Shown here piece after piece: positions 13,095-24,694 of a stretch of 64,000 nt of DNA. Made by a program: the position numbers and the translations under genes. How positions within the stretch are numbered: the first letter of the stretch is position 1; every line of letters begins with the position of its first letter. This stretch comes from Amphiscolops sp. MND2022 (Eukaryota): assembly GCA_964187785.1 (NCBI GenBank), contig OZ076409.1, positions 47,804,001 to 47,868,000 on the forward strand. The letters run 5' to 3'. The notes below the pieces were generated by a model. It made no database searches. It was not told the DNA's origin and saw nothing but the letters and a program-made list of their open reading frames with translations.

Positions 13095-14190
13095 GGCCAG
13101 CATTTTTGAAGCAAAGGAGTGCAGCCTCGAACCCATCTAGATAGGCTCGTGACCTGATGTTCCGGTCTCGCACTGTTTCACCTGGGTATTCGGTGGCAAT
13201 CGTGTAAGCTGCTAAGGCGTCAAGGGCTACTTCGTCATAGGTTTTCCCACACCAGTGACAGTTTCCCTGAACGTGAGGCATTACAGGCGGGTTAAGCTGC
13301 ATCCTTCTGTGGACCGGCTGTTCCTGCGTACTGCTGTATGTTTGGGTAGGGTAAGTCTCGGCTACCCCGGGGTTGTTGTGTACACCTTGAGGGTCTAAAT
13401 ATAGTTGCCCGGCGGAGTTGTAATAGTATCCAGAGTTATCTAGGTTACCAGGATGTTGTATGTTGGTTATTCCAGCATGTTGGAAAGGGATTGTTCCACG
13501 ACCAACCAAAGCAGACATGCGCTGCTGAGTATTTGGGTTAAAGTTTTGGTCCCTTAGGGGCGTTTGCAGAATCCTTCTAGTACGGTTATTTTGATGCGGT
13601 TGATTAGCAATTGGGATTTCTTGGGGTATCACAATTGGAGTTATTGGCACTGGTCTTATCGGACCTTTTCTACGGGGATCACTCAGGGAATTGTCAGCAT
13701 TATTTTGTGATAATGGAGGCATCTGTGTTATTACTTCTCCAGCGCGCATTGGGGGAACAGCGACTACTGGTCTACCATAACTGTTTCTTGGTGCGTTCGC
13801 GAAGTCCGCGTTTAACAGTAAATTATCCTCATTGCTCTCGTCTGACTCGACGAATGATGAAAGCGAAAAATCAGGTAGTTCAGTGTTTTCGGTTATTGTG
13901 CTCAATATTTCTCTTTCAATGTCAGTTCCGACAACGTCAATGAAAGAATCTTCTCTCGACACTGTCTCACTAACTGCGAACAGTCTAGACGCATCTTCGT
14001 TGACAAAAGCCAACATCGGATCTTGCAGCGGTCCCCCGGCTCTGAATCTCAAGTCAATTGGGTCAACGTAGGACTGCTCGGTTACAAATTCTTCCCCAGA
14101 GTCACTGGATATATTAATTAATCCAGGGGAATTTGTGGAGATGGATTGCATATCCTCATCGATGGTGAAGAGATTTGAGATTCTTGACAT
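13051..14190 (-). CDS. Accessory 379-aa sense ORF at the env position (acidic/Pro-Asn-Gln-rich, C-terminal CHWC motif), function unknown
   Basis: Intact ORF with aaaATG context; stop lies 44 nt inside the 3' LTR; no obvious signal peptide or transmembrane segment; 3' part duplicated at 10929-11450. Confidence 0.8.
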   Translation of the reverse strand: MSRISNLFTIDEDMQSISTNSPGLINISSDSGEEFVTEQSYVDPIDLRFRAGGPLQDPMLAFVNEDASRLFAVSETVSREDSFIDVVGTDIEREILSTITENTELPDFSLSSFVESDESNEDNLLLNADFANAPRNSYGRPVVAVPPMRAGEVITQMPPLSQNNADNSLSDPRRKGPIRPVPITPIVIPQEIPIANQPHQNNRTRRILQTPLRDQNFNPNTQQRMSALVGRGTIPFQHAGITNIQHPGNLDNSGYYYNSAGQLYLDPQGVHNNPGVAETYPTQTYSSTQEQPVHRRMQLNPPVMPHVQGNCHWCGKTYDEVALDALAAYTIATEYPGETVRDRNIRSRAYLDGFEAALLCFKNAGLSQPRACAGPAEQR

Positions 14191-14879
14191 TTTGCTTTCG
14201 TTTGGATTTTAAGGTTTCAACTGCTTTCCTCAGAAAGTTTTGAGTGAATGAATCCTTTTCGTTTTTCTTCACGCTTTGACTATTCTCCCGGGTTTTCCAA
14301 ATAAGGTATGTAGTTTGTAGAGTCATCTTCCTTTCTTGTTAACCCCTTTCCCGGCAATTTCAGGGTAAGCGTCAGATGATATCTCAATTTTATTTAAATA
14401 GCTTCACAACAAAATGAAGTTTTCTTTACAGCTTCCATACATGGCGGATAAGGGTGTTAATTTTCCATTCGAGCTGACAAAGACATATTAATTGACTGTA
14501 AACAAATATGAATGAGACTTTACATGATGAATTTTGAGAACTCGATTTTTATTTTCTGGAATTTACAAGATTTCCTTTTACGGAAATATAGTATGCGTTT
14601 TAAATCATATCACCAACAAAAGTAAAAATAAAACCGATTTACATGACTTTCAATCAAAACACATGTCAAGTTTCAGAGTTAAAATGATTTAATTCACTTC
14701 CTTAAATCATGTACACACTGCTTCATGATGTCTATTTCAGCATAAATATGTCAGATATTTGATGCATAATGGTCAGTTAGGTAAATGAGGAGAATGAAAC
14801 ATGATTGTATGGTTATTCTGTTTTAGGTCATTCAGTTGGTATTGTACTGCATTTTGCTGTCTGTTTCCACACATGACAC

Positions 14880-15060
14880 CAAACTGTCACTAGAGGGCGG
14901 AGCATCATGTATGCGTAATTTGTTTCAGCAATGCCGTTCAGGACGTCAATCTTTCTGGCAGATTTGATTGGTCCGTAATAAGCTCATCCAATCAGCGCAC
15001 AGTATTTGCGCAAATATGCTAATTTGTCATGCTTAGAATTTGTTCAGCCGGAAGCCACGC
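14880..15060. promoter_or_regulatory. Putative internal bidirectional promoter
   Basis: GC box GGGCGG 14895-14900, opposed CCAAT boxes (GATTGG 14966, CCAAT 14988), palindrome ATTTGCGCAAAT and ETS-like CCGGAAG 15048, lying between two divergent ORFs. Confidence 0.55.
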
Positions 15061-15266
15061 CACAGTTTTGTTTGTCAAATTTCTGTCTTTAAAGTCCGAA
15101 GTTTCCTTTTGCTTCCAACATTCATCTGTCCGTGTTCATTTTGCAATTTTTATAGATTAGTTTGTAATTTTCCATTTGGATTTCACTCGAATTCGTTGCA
15201 CCAACTTTAAAATTCACATCACAAATTCTTTGTACTGGATTATTGTTTCTCTTCTTTTACAAAACG

Positions 15267-18200
15267 ACGGTTTGCACTCGGCAATCATCAGCGAGTGAAA
15301 AGGATCAGGGAGCCAAATCGCCACTAGCAGGGACATCCAACAAACAGAAGAAGAAGAAATCTACATCAAAAAGTGGTAAGCTTGAATTTCAGTATTTTCC
15401 TGATCAGATCAGGCTAAGTGGTTGCTTTTTTGAGATATCTCGAATTTTAATATGAGCTGGCCAGGCTCATATCTTTGTCGACTATCTTCAGATTTGTCAA
15501 CTTTCGTTTTTCAAACTTCGTGCGAAAATATTTACTTCCGGTTGCAGAATGTAGCACCTTTTCAAGTTTTGTGCGGAAATACTGACTTCCGGTTGCAGAA
15601 TATAGCACAATATTTCAATTTTTGTTTCAGATTCTTCCCCAGCTCAATCACAAAGTAGGCTTCCCTTTACTTCTGTGAAATCAGGACGCTTAGCTGCAAA
15701 GCCCAGTGTTACCCTGAGTGTTAAAGCTAATCCAAGATTTTCGATTGATGAAGACGATATTCCTCCGGAGTTTTCTCCACAAATTTTATTGGACGGAGAT
15801 TTCAGTCAGTACGTTGAAACTACTAAGCCCGTTGAGAGTTTAGCAACAGCCGAAAATCCTTCAGACAATACTCCAAAACAGTGCGAATCAGCTTCAAATC
15901 CTTGTAATGCTCCAATTGACGACAAACGACCTTGTTCCTCATCATCTTTTGCGAATGACGGCAACCCTTCATTATTGATTCCAAGTACTTCTAAAGATTC
16001 TCCTTTTACGAGGTTTTTACTTAGCTCGACTCCCCCTAGTAAGAAACAGCAAAGTCCAAAAGCGGGGGCACAAGTGTCAGTCACTAATTCGTCTGTTGCA
16101 CTCCATTCTAGCCCCCAAGACACTGGAGACCAAAGATTAGAACGGCTACTCGCCGAGGCAGCTGAGGAAGCCAGAGATAAGATACTACAACAGTATCACG
16201 AGACAGTGAGAGACGACTCTCCACCAGCTATGGCCAGCCATCAAAGTGAACTGGAGACTAAAGAGGAGGTACCATCCCCCAAAAGGCCTCTAGTCCGGCA
16301 AATAGAAGAGAGTGACGACACTTCATCGGATTCATTAGGCAGCTCAGATCTTTCTTCTGCTGAAGAATTGGATGTGCCCAAGGAAAAGCCAATCAAGAAA
16401 CCAATACACACCCAACGAGAGGAGGGAGCACCGTCAGGGAAAAGAGCGAAGCCACGTCACACTTTAGCGGGGTGGATGTATCACAAGTACCCCATATTAA
16501 AGTATTTTGTAACTGCCCCCACTGACGCAGCACGATACCCTCACAAATATCGATGCCGGGTATGCTTGGTCGAACTCTCCTTGATGACAAAAGGACCTCT
16601 CGAAATTCTGGGGCATTATCGGACTGATGCCCATTTGGTGAAAGAGCACCGTATCAGGATGGAGACTCCTGGGCTCCCCTTGTATGATAAACATTGCAAC
16701 GAGCTCACTGGCGTGGCCCTCAAGTATGCTAAGGATCGGGCCAAAAGAGAATATCCTGTGGCTCCCAGACTTGGTGACTATTATTAACGGGTTGGCCAGT
16801 TAGAGCAACCGGAAGGAGCTTCAGCGAGCCCCCCGAGCAAGGAAGTCTTATCGCAACTCAATCTCCTCAAATTTGGCTTGGTTCATGGAGGACATTTGGA
16901 CACCGTGATAGCATTTTGGCATGATCTCGTTCGTGAAACCAAAACCATCGAGCCAATTTCACAGTACGATTGGAGACCACGTCGAGTATTGGTAAGTAAA
17001 TTTTCCATTGTATCTATGTTCCGAACTTTTCTTCAGTATTCAACTCTTTTCCTTTGTATTTAGGGATTGCTAACTCACATGTTTCGCGAATTGCTGTCAT
17101 ACTGTGTGACTTCAATAGAAGCTTCGGGCAGTTTCTCTCTTCGTCTTGCAGTTCTTTCCAACGAAACCAGACTTTTTATAAACTTTTGGGCTGGAAATTC
17201 TCTTCACAGTTTGTGTATTGCTGTGTTCCCTGGGCGAATGACAAATTCTACCGCACTCATCAATCCTGTGAGCAGTTTATTGGCACTGTTAGACAAAGAT
17301 GTGCAAATCCTGTTTATGTCTGGGTTCACTCGACGTTTCGTGTGGGCAATTTCTCGAGTCTTGCCGCAGCGGAGAAGAATTTGTGCAACTCCTAGATTCG
17401 ATGCCGATGATCTTGAGAGTGTTCTTCTAGTGCCATCGGTGCAACTCCTTGACCGGTTTGACTTCCGCAGCGTACTCGACTTCCTCCTAATGCGGCTTCG
17501 ATCAGCGTGTGGAAGTTCATGGTTGTCTGTTCTCCCAGATTTTCAAAGGGTAATGTTTTGTTTCCTTTCTTTATTTTTTGTCAGAATTAAGAGATGATAA
17601 ATCCATGCGATAAGTTACTCCCTTAATTAATTCGGCTTTAGCATTCGGCAAAATAGCCTGTTGGACTAATTTGTAAGTTCCAAACTTTATAAACAGCGTT
17701 GCGATTCTGTATCAAGTTTTTCGATGCTTTCCTCTTCGGTTCTTTGCTCCCAAGTCATTGTACTTCATTTCTTGCAGTAGACTGCCGCATAACTTGTTTC
17801 AACTTTTCATTCTTCATGCTCAAATTTTCAAAGATACCCATTATGCATCTCATAGTTTGCAGCATAGTACGGCATAATTGACTCTTTCAATTAGTTCTTT
17901 TCTTCACGATTATGCATGATTCATCATTTCGACTATGACCTGACACAAGCCGTTGAGATCTTGGATCAGTTGATCACAAATTGGGACAATGTGGTGGCAC
18001 ATCTCTATAACAGTAGACGTATTTCCACCTACCGCTTCCATATGCACGAGGTTTGTATACTTTAATTCCGTCTTCTTGAAACTCTACTTGCTTTGTTGGA
18101 TTGGGTTCTTCTTCTTCTTGTGTTCGATTTTAAGTATATAATCTCTTCCTTCTTCTTGTGTTCGAATTCAAGTATATAATCTCTTCCTTCTTCTTGTGTT

Positions 18201-19636
18201 CGATTTTAAGTATATAACCTCTTCCTTCTTCCTTTTAGCCCACTGGAATAGATGATCTCATTGTCAAGGACCGGGTCTTCGTCGCGCGGTTATTCATCAC
18301 CCGCAACATACTTAGCCAATGTTAGTATTTGATTTCGGTTTCATGCTTTTGAGTTGTCCCCCTTGTTTTATCACGAGTAACTGTAAATTTTCAAACTTTA
18401 AGATCGCTCACTAAGAGAACCCTTTTGTAAGGAACGACCAGGAAAATCTTGGTAACCTCAATTTGAAATCACAAAGTTTATCATTGTTCCAGACAATTCA
18501 ATCTTCAAGGAAGTTCACACCACTGTTGCTGGGGGTTTCCGTTTATTCAACCAATTCTGTGTCTTTATTTACTCTCAACTTCAAGTTATCCTTCCTGCTA
18601 CTCAACTTGGTGATGTCGCTGATTGGACAGTTACCTCAGTTTGGACATGGATGATGAAAAGCTAGTGTTCAAGACAGTTGATGAATTCTTGCAGGACAAG
18701 GATTTTTCTGATCTAATGCAGAAGAGTAAGATCCCTACCTCAAGACGGTTTGTCAGCCAAGTTGTTTCCTTTTACAAGTGTTTTTTAAAGAAACTTCTTA
18801 CCAGCGAATTAGCAACCTCTTCATTCGCCAGGGGGTTGTCTTCATTTGACGAAGTCGTGGTTAAAGTTGGCAATTCAGCTCACTACACCGATTCCATACA
18901 ATTGCCATGTGGTTACTTCGTCCAACAAAAATGGATCGCACCAAGCGTTAAGCCCGTCATCGTGAGCGAGTACTGTTCTCTGGTGACGAAATTTCGACTG
19001 GACAAAGTCGACAATGGCAGTGAAGAATGGGTGAGCTTCTTCTCTCGGTACTACGAGTTACAAAGTCGGGCTGAGTTATTTCGGCTTTTCCGGATTTGCT
19101 GCGAGACTTTGAGAAGTCCTTGTCAGGCACCCCCTTTATTCACTGTTTCTTTGGTCGGACTCAAGTCAGACGTTTCAGAATTTAATTCTGCAGCGAGAAG
19201 TCTCCAGTGTTCGATTGCATCAATTCAGAAGATTGAAAGCTTATTTTTGGCCTCTGCTTCCTTACCCCGAGCCTTCGCTCTTCTTGACCAAGGGCCTGGG
19301 TTGATGCACAAACGCAAGTTCTCCATGTGGAATTTATTGTCATCAAGCTATTTCCACAAGATTGGGATTCGGGCTTCATTGGAAGCCTGTTATAAGAAGA
19401 GTAGCGTAGATGATGAGACTATTTGGTTGTCAATTGGAGATTCAGTTCCCAGCAGAAGTTCTAGTGCCACTAGTACCCCCAGTAAGACTTCTCCGGAGAA
19501 ACCCTCAACTAGCAAAGCTAGTCCAGTGGTACGACGCTTGTTTGAGGTGCCCGTGTTTCCCGATGTAGATCCACCCAAATCCGGAGAGAAGAAGGAGAAG
19601 AAGAAAGGGGTTTTTACTCCAAACAAGCACAATTAG
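15267..19636 (+). pseudogene. Six-exon antisense cargo gene (~1,110 aa) with a C-x2-C-x16-H-x5-H zinc finger and hAT-transposase-like body; this copy is mutated
   Basis: Exons ~15267-15375, 15631-16991, 17064-17549, 17895-18050, 18239-18320, 18493-19636 joined by GT..AG introns with matching phases (1,0,0,0,1); lesions are ACG at the likely start codon, in-frame TAA at 16785-16787 and a 1-nt frameshift near 18623. Confidence 0.8.
18111..18224. repeat. 3 x 38-bp tandem repeat in intron 4 of the antisense gene
   Basis: Unit cttcttcttgtgttcgattttaagtatataatctcttc at 18111, 18149 and 18187. Confidence 0.9.
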
Positions 19637-19766
19637 TTTGCTGTGCTTTAGACTGTTCTTTATTTTGGAACAAAATACTCTTTCGTTTGTATTACGTTCT
19701 ATTTACATGTTACGGTAGTGATTCAAGTTAAGAAGCAGTGAGTTCAGTCTTGATAGTCTCTTGTTT

Positions 19767-22700
19767 TTAATATCTATATGAATCTGAAAAATTAGGGTTT
19801 GGGTTGGGTCGTAAATTGTATTTTTGTCCACGTGTATTGGTAGGGGTTTTTTCTTTTTGAACCTCATCATTTTCTTGATTTTCATCTGTATTTCCTGGGG
19901 ACTTTTCTGCATCAATAGTAGGGTTAGGTTGTATGTTATGCTGATAATCATTTGTATCAGTTTCGTTTTCTGCATTTTCGATTGGGGTTTCTATATTAGG
20001 AACGGTAGTTTGTTCTGCCGGGGCTCCCCCACTGTTTTTTGAAATTTCGAGGGAGGGTGGGTGGTTTATCGGTACATATTCTTGTACGTCCTCTTGTTCG
20101 TTATCTGGGAGTTCTGTGTCAAATGGATCTGTACCAAAGTTTGTGTCCCATGTATGGGCATACAGATCATCGTGTGTTACTATCATGTTGTCGTCTTTTT
20201 GCCAATCAGTTTCTCTGACAAAATTATCGGCTAGTGGTGCACTAGGTGTAAATTTTCTCAAACGTAGTCGGTGTAGTAATTGTGTTTTGTTTGTCCCAAG
20301 CCTACGTACAATGTAGTTATTGTTAGGTAGGACTTTTTCGACTTTGTAGTGACCGATCCAACGGAATTCCCTGAATGGGATTTTCGTTGCTTGCGTGTCT
20401 GCTTTTGGGTTCAGTATGTAGCAATAGTCTGTTGTTGTAAGCGGTGCCGCTTTTGCCTTGCGGTCATAGTATGCTTTATACTTCAAGTATGACTGCATGA
20501 TGTTCTTTTTGGTTTGGTCATTGAGTATCTCCATTCGTCGTTGTATTTCTTCTGCAATGTCAGTTTGTGGAGTATACCGCGGATTAGGATTGTAGCCTAG
20601 CTTGTAGTCTAGTATGTTATGTGGTATTCTGCCGTGAAACACACGGGTGGGTTCGCATCCTAAGCTGGCATGATACGTTGTGTTGTGGTTTAGGACAGCA
20701 AGTGGTAGAAATTTGTGCCAATTATTACGGAATTCACCAGTTGCTGCTTTCAAATGTGCTTTTACTGTAGCATGAGTGCGTTCTAGCATGCCGATTGTTT
20801 GTGCATGTTTTGTCGAAGCATGTTTTAGCTCAACACCAAGCACTGCTGCTACCTCTCGAGTAATTTGTGAGTTGAATTGAGTGCCCATATCAGTTATTAT
20901 GGTTGTTGGTAAGTATGTGTGTTTGCACAAAATGTCCATAATGACTCTTGCGACTGTAGGGGCTGTGATCCGAGTTGTTGGATAAGCAAATAAGTATCTT
21001 GAAAAGACATCAATTGCTGTTATGATGTTATCAAAACCTCCACTAGGCGGAAGATTTGGTAATATGTCCATTTGAAGTATGTCTTCTGGACCAAGGTCCC
21101 ATTCTGGGCAATTAAGAAGTTCTAATTTTAGTAAATCGTTGTTAATTCTTTTGTTCTGAATGCACATTTGGCAGTTTTGTACCCAATTCTTGATGTGTTT
21201 TGCTAAGCATGGGTAATAGTATTTCTGGCGTGCTTCTTGAATCATTTTTGTTATTCCTGGGTGGTTTGCGTTGTGTCCATGCAACGCCTGTAGGAATTCT
21301 TCGAGAAGCTGTTTTGGTAGAAGTATTTGGTAGTGTGAGATTTGTCCGATATCATTGTAGTACTTTCGGACAAGAATGTCTTGACGTATTTCTATGCGGG
21401 GTATATTTTGTAGATAATGTTGATAACGATTATCTTGTGTGAACGCTGATTCGTCAAAGGGTTCACCTTCTATTTTTGCTCTGAGATTGCGAAGGACAGG
21501 ATCATTGTTTTGTTCGAGTCGAATTTTTGCATTATCTCGAAAATGTCCTTCGCGGTAGTTTGTTGTACCAGCTGTTGGTTTGTGAAAGTTTTGTAATTCG
21601 GTTCTTTCATTTTCTGGTTCATTGTGAGTTTCGGTCTGTGCTTGATTTCTAATATTATTTTTTTGTTCCTAATGTGTTTTTTCATCAATTTCATCCTCGG
21701 GGAGGAGGTAGATGTGTTCTTCTTCTGTTATGCCAGAGGATTGAATATTAACTTCAATGGCTTTTGTTTGTATGTCGTTGCGTATGTTCATCTCGAGTTT
21801 CTCTGTCGGGTTGATTTCTGTTCGCGACAGAAAATCTGCGGCTGTGTTCATCGCTCCTGCAACATGTGCTATAACGAAATTGTACTGTAGGACGTAGTCG
21901 CATGCATTCCATAGTGCAGGAGGAATGAGTTTTGTTTGGAAGAACCTCGTAACTGCACGGTTGTCGGTAAAGACAATTACAGGAAAGGTACTTCCCCACA
22001 TTAGATGCCCAAATTCTGAGAAGGCAAAAAAGATTGCTAAAAACTCTTTTGCATATATTGACATTTTCAATTGCGTGGGGTTGAAAGATTTGGAGCCAAA
22101 AGCTATTGGGGCATATGTTTTGCGTTTTGATTGTAGTTTTTGTTGAGGGTCGTCTTCAATCATAATCGCATATCCTGCAGCTGTGAAGCTTGCGTCGGAC
22201 ATGAGGATTAGCTGTTTGTCTTTGAGTGGTTGTTTGAGTGCCATCTGGCAAGATTGGAGGAGTAGGTTGTTTAACTGTTCAAAATTACTTGTAGGTTCGG
22301 TAGAAATGTAGAATTTGTTGGTTTCTTTCAATAGTTTGAAGAAAGGGGTGAGTCGTTCCGAAAGGCGTGGTATATAATTTCTGTAATAATTCAGAAAACC
22401 AATATACCTTTGAAGGCCTTTTTTGGATTTGGGGAATTTGAGTTTTGCTAAGAAATCTTTGACTTTGTCTACTTGGGGAGAAACTCCTTCAGGTGTGATC
22501 GTTCTTCCCAGGAAATCGACCTGTTTGACTCCAAAGTGGCATTTTGACATTGATAATTTCAGACCTGCGTTCCGTATACATTCGAAGACTGCTCGGATGT
22601 TTATACACAGTTGTAACACCGTGTTTGCTGCAATTCCGATGTCGTCGACGTATTGGGCGCATTGGTCTGCTTTGATGAGGGTGTCTAAGTATTCCCGTAT

Positions 22701-24694
22701 GAAACTGGAGAATGCTGAAAGTGATCGGCTAAGGCCTTGTGCTAAACGCCGATATGCAAAGGTTCGGCTAGCAAAGTTAAACGCCAACATTTGAATAGAT
22801 TGGTAATCTGCCATCTGAAGGCAGTGGTACGCTTGTGAACAGTCAAGTTTACAGAATAATTTCTTTCCTGCCATATGTTGGGCTGCATCGGAAAGTGTAC
22901 TGACTGGGTGATTGTTATTTACGTAGTCTTCAGAGATGAGATTATTTATCTTGCGCAAGTCGACTAAGAGTCGCAAACGACCATTAGTTTTCCGTTGCGC
23001 AAAAATGGGACTTGCGTATTTAGAGAAAGGCAGAGTTGTTATTATACCATACTTATGGAGTAGGGCAAGTTCTACCGTGATGTCGTCTTTTAGGTTGATC
23101 GGAGTTGGAAGACTTTGACTATATGCTGGTCGATCATCATTTGGTGTGAATTTGATCTTGAATTCTCTATTTGTCCCGATGTCAAACCGGTGTCTGGCAA
23201 AAATATCATGAAATTCAACCAGCAGTTCTTCCACCTTTTGTCGTTCAAACAGAGTGAGTGTTGTGTCACTCCAGTCGAAATTGTCAAGAAAAGTTTTGCG
23301 TGATTTTTCGTTGTCTTGTGGGTTAAGTTTTTCTAGTGTTTGAAGTTCCACTAGTTCGTCAAATATTCGTTTCTGAATAGGTGTGTATGTTGTGGGGTCT
23401 CCTGGTTGTTCCGGTGTTGGAAACCAGTATTGTTCCATTTTGTCTTCTTTGTCGTTTACTTTTAAAAGTTCGTTGAGGTATACGTCCGTAACTTCAGTAT
23501 GTTGGTGCATGATAAATGTTAGCAATGAAGGGTTGATTGGTTTGATGTGTTTCAACTGTTCTGGGGTTAAGGATCGAAAGTCGGCTAGATGTGTGTCTGT
23601 TGTGATTGTATATGGTAGTTCTGAAAAATTACAGATCTGGTATCCGACTGCGTTATTGTTGACTGTGCAGAGGGAAGAAACAAGGAAAAGTGTGTCATGA
23701 TCCTCAAGGTGCGTAGATGGCGTTACTATGCCTGTTGCATCGTGATCAATTAAATGCGGCATTCTGCTTGCAATGAGCATCGTTTCACCCGGTTGCAGTG
23801 TGTATGTTGCTTCTGCAAGTAGTGGTGTTGATTGTCGTGTTGGGAGATTGTGTTCTGGTTTCAATTGCATTGATAAATGTGGGAAAGTCAATATCCCTTG
23901 TCGGATGTCGAAAATGGCATTGTTCCTTTTTAGGAAACAAAGTCCAATTAGGGGATTCGGTAAGACTTTCATGACGATGAAATTTTCTTTGAACATAAAA
24001 TCTGCCACTTCGAATGTTAGGCAGACTGGCAGACTGTTCCGATTGGTGTTTCCAATTGTCCGTTTGCTACCATTATTTGAAAATTGGGTGCAGGACCTGT
24101 GTCTGTTATTGCTTCTGGTGCAAGAAGTTTGATTTTATTTAGGTCTTGTTCCGATATTGCGCTCGTGAGAGCTCCGGTATCAATTAGAGCGTCGAGTGTA
24201 AGCTTTTCGATATCCATCGGAACATAATACATATGTCGTTTGCTTTTTAGTGTCAGGTTGGTTGATAGAAGAAGCATTGGTATATCTGTGTCTTTATTAA
24301 TCGTAAGATGATTTTGAATTTCATCATCTATGAGTGGTAGTTTTTGTATTGATGCAGGTTCGGTTGGTACTACAGGTGAGTCTTGTGTTTGGAGAGGTTC
24401 GAAATTGTTTTTCGGAAGAGGTTCTGGTAAATTTTGTGGTGAGGTTTCGGGTTCAGAATCAAACAGATTTTCTGGTGTTTTTTCGTTACTTATGTCAAGA
24501 TTTGTGGTTATGTATCTGTCAGGGGCGTCTCTGTATATTTCGTACAAGTCGTCCTCTGATTCGTTTTGTTGAGTTCCTTGAGTCTGAGAGTCAGTGTGTT
24601 GTGTGAAAGTGTTTGTTTTTATTGAGTGAGGAGTTGGATGCTGCCAGTCATCTTTCTCCTCTGGTTTTGTAGGGCGTGGCTTTATTAGTTTAAA
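19767..24694 (-). pseudogene. pol: Gypsy pol polyprotein (PR-RT-RNaseH-IN, ~1640 codons) with two lesions
   Basis: PR ALIDTGA; RT KLDCSQAY/LAQGL/YVDD; RH MSDAS..KEFLAI..FTDN; IN H-H/CQMC, QMDIL, ITDMGTQF, GMLERTH and GPY/F-like WIGHYKV; an 8-bp duplication (ggcagact x2, 24020-24035) shifts the frame; in-frame TAG at 21669-21671. Confidence 0.95.
24688..24694 (-). promoter_or_regulatory. -1 programmed ribosomal frameshift slippery site U UUA AAC
   Basis: GAT TTA AAC TAA ends gag; the -1 frame is open for 47 codons directly into the protease ORF starting at 24547. Confidence 0.8.

Larger units (their letters stand above)
9328..13572. repeat. Head-to-tail 2122-bp tandem duplication (host flank + complete 3' LTR + ~480 bp of internal sequence)
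   Basis: 9328-11450 is nearly identical to 11450-13572 (about 1% substitutions); junction ...tttgcagaa-T-atattaaatt with 1-bp microhomology. Confidence 0.95.

Noticed and set aside
13051..14190. env gene
   Set aside because: The position fits, but no signal peptide, furin site/fusion peptide or transmembrane anchor is visible
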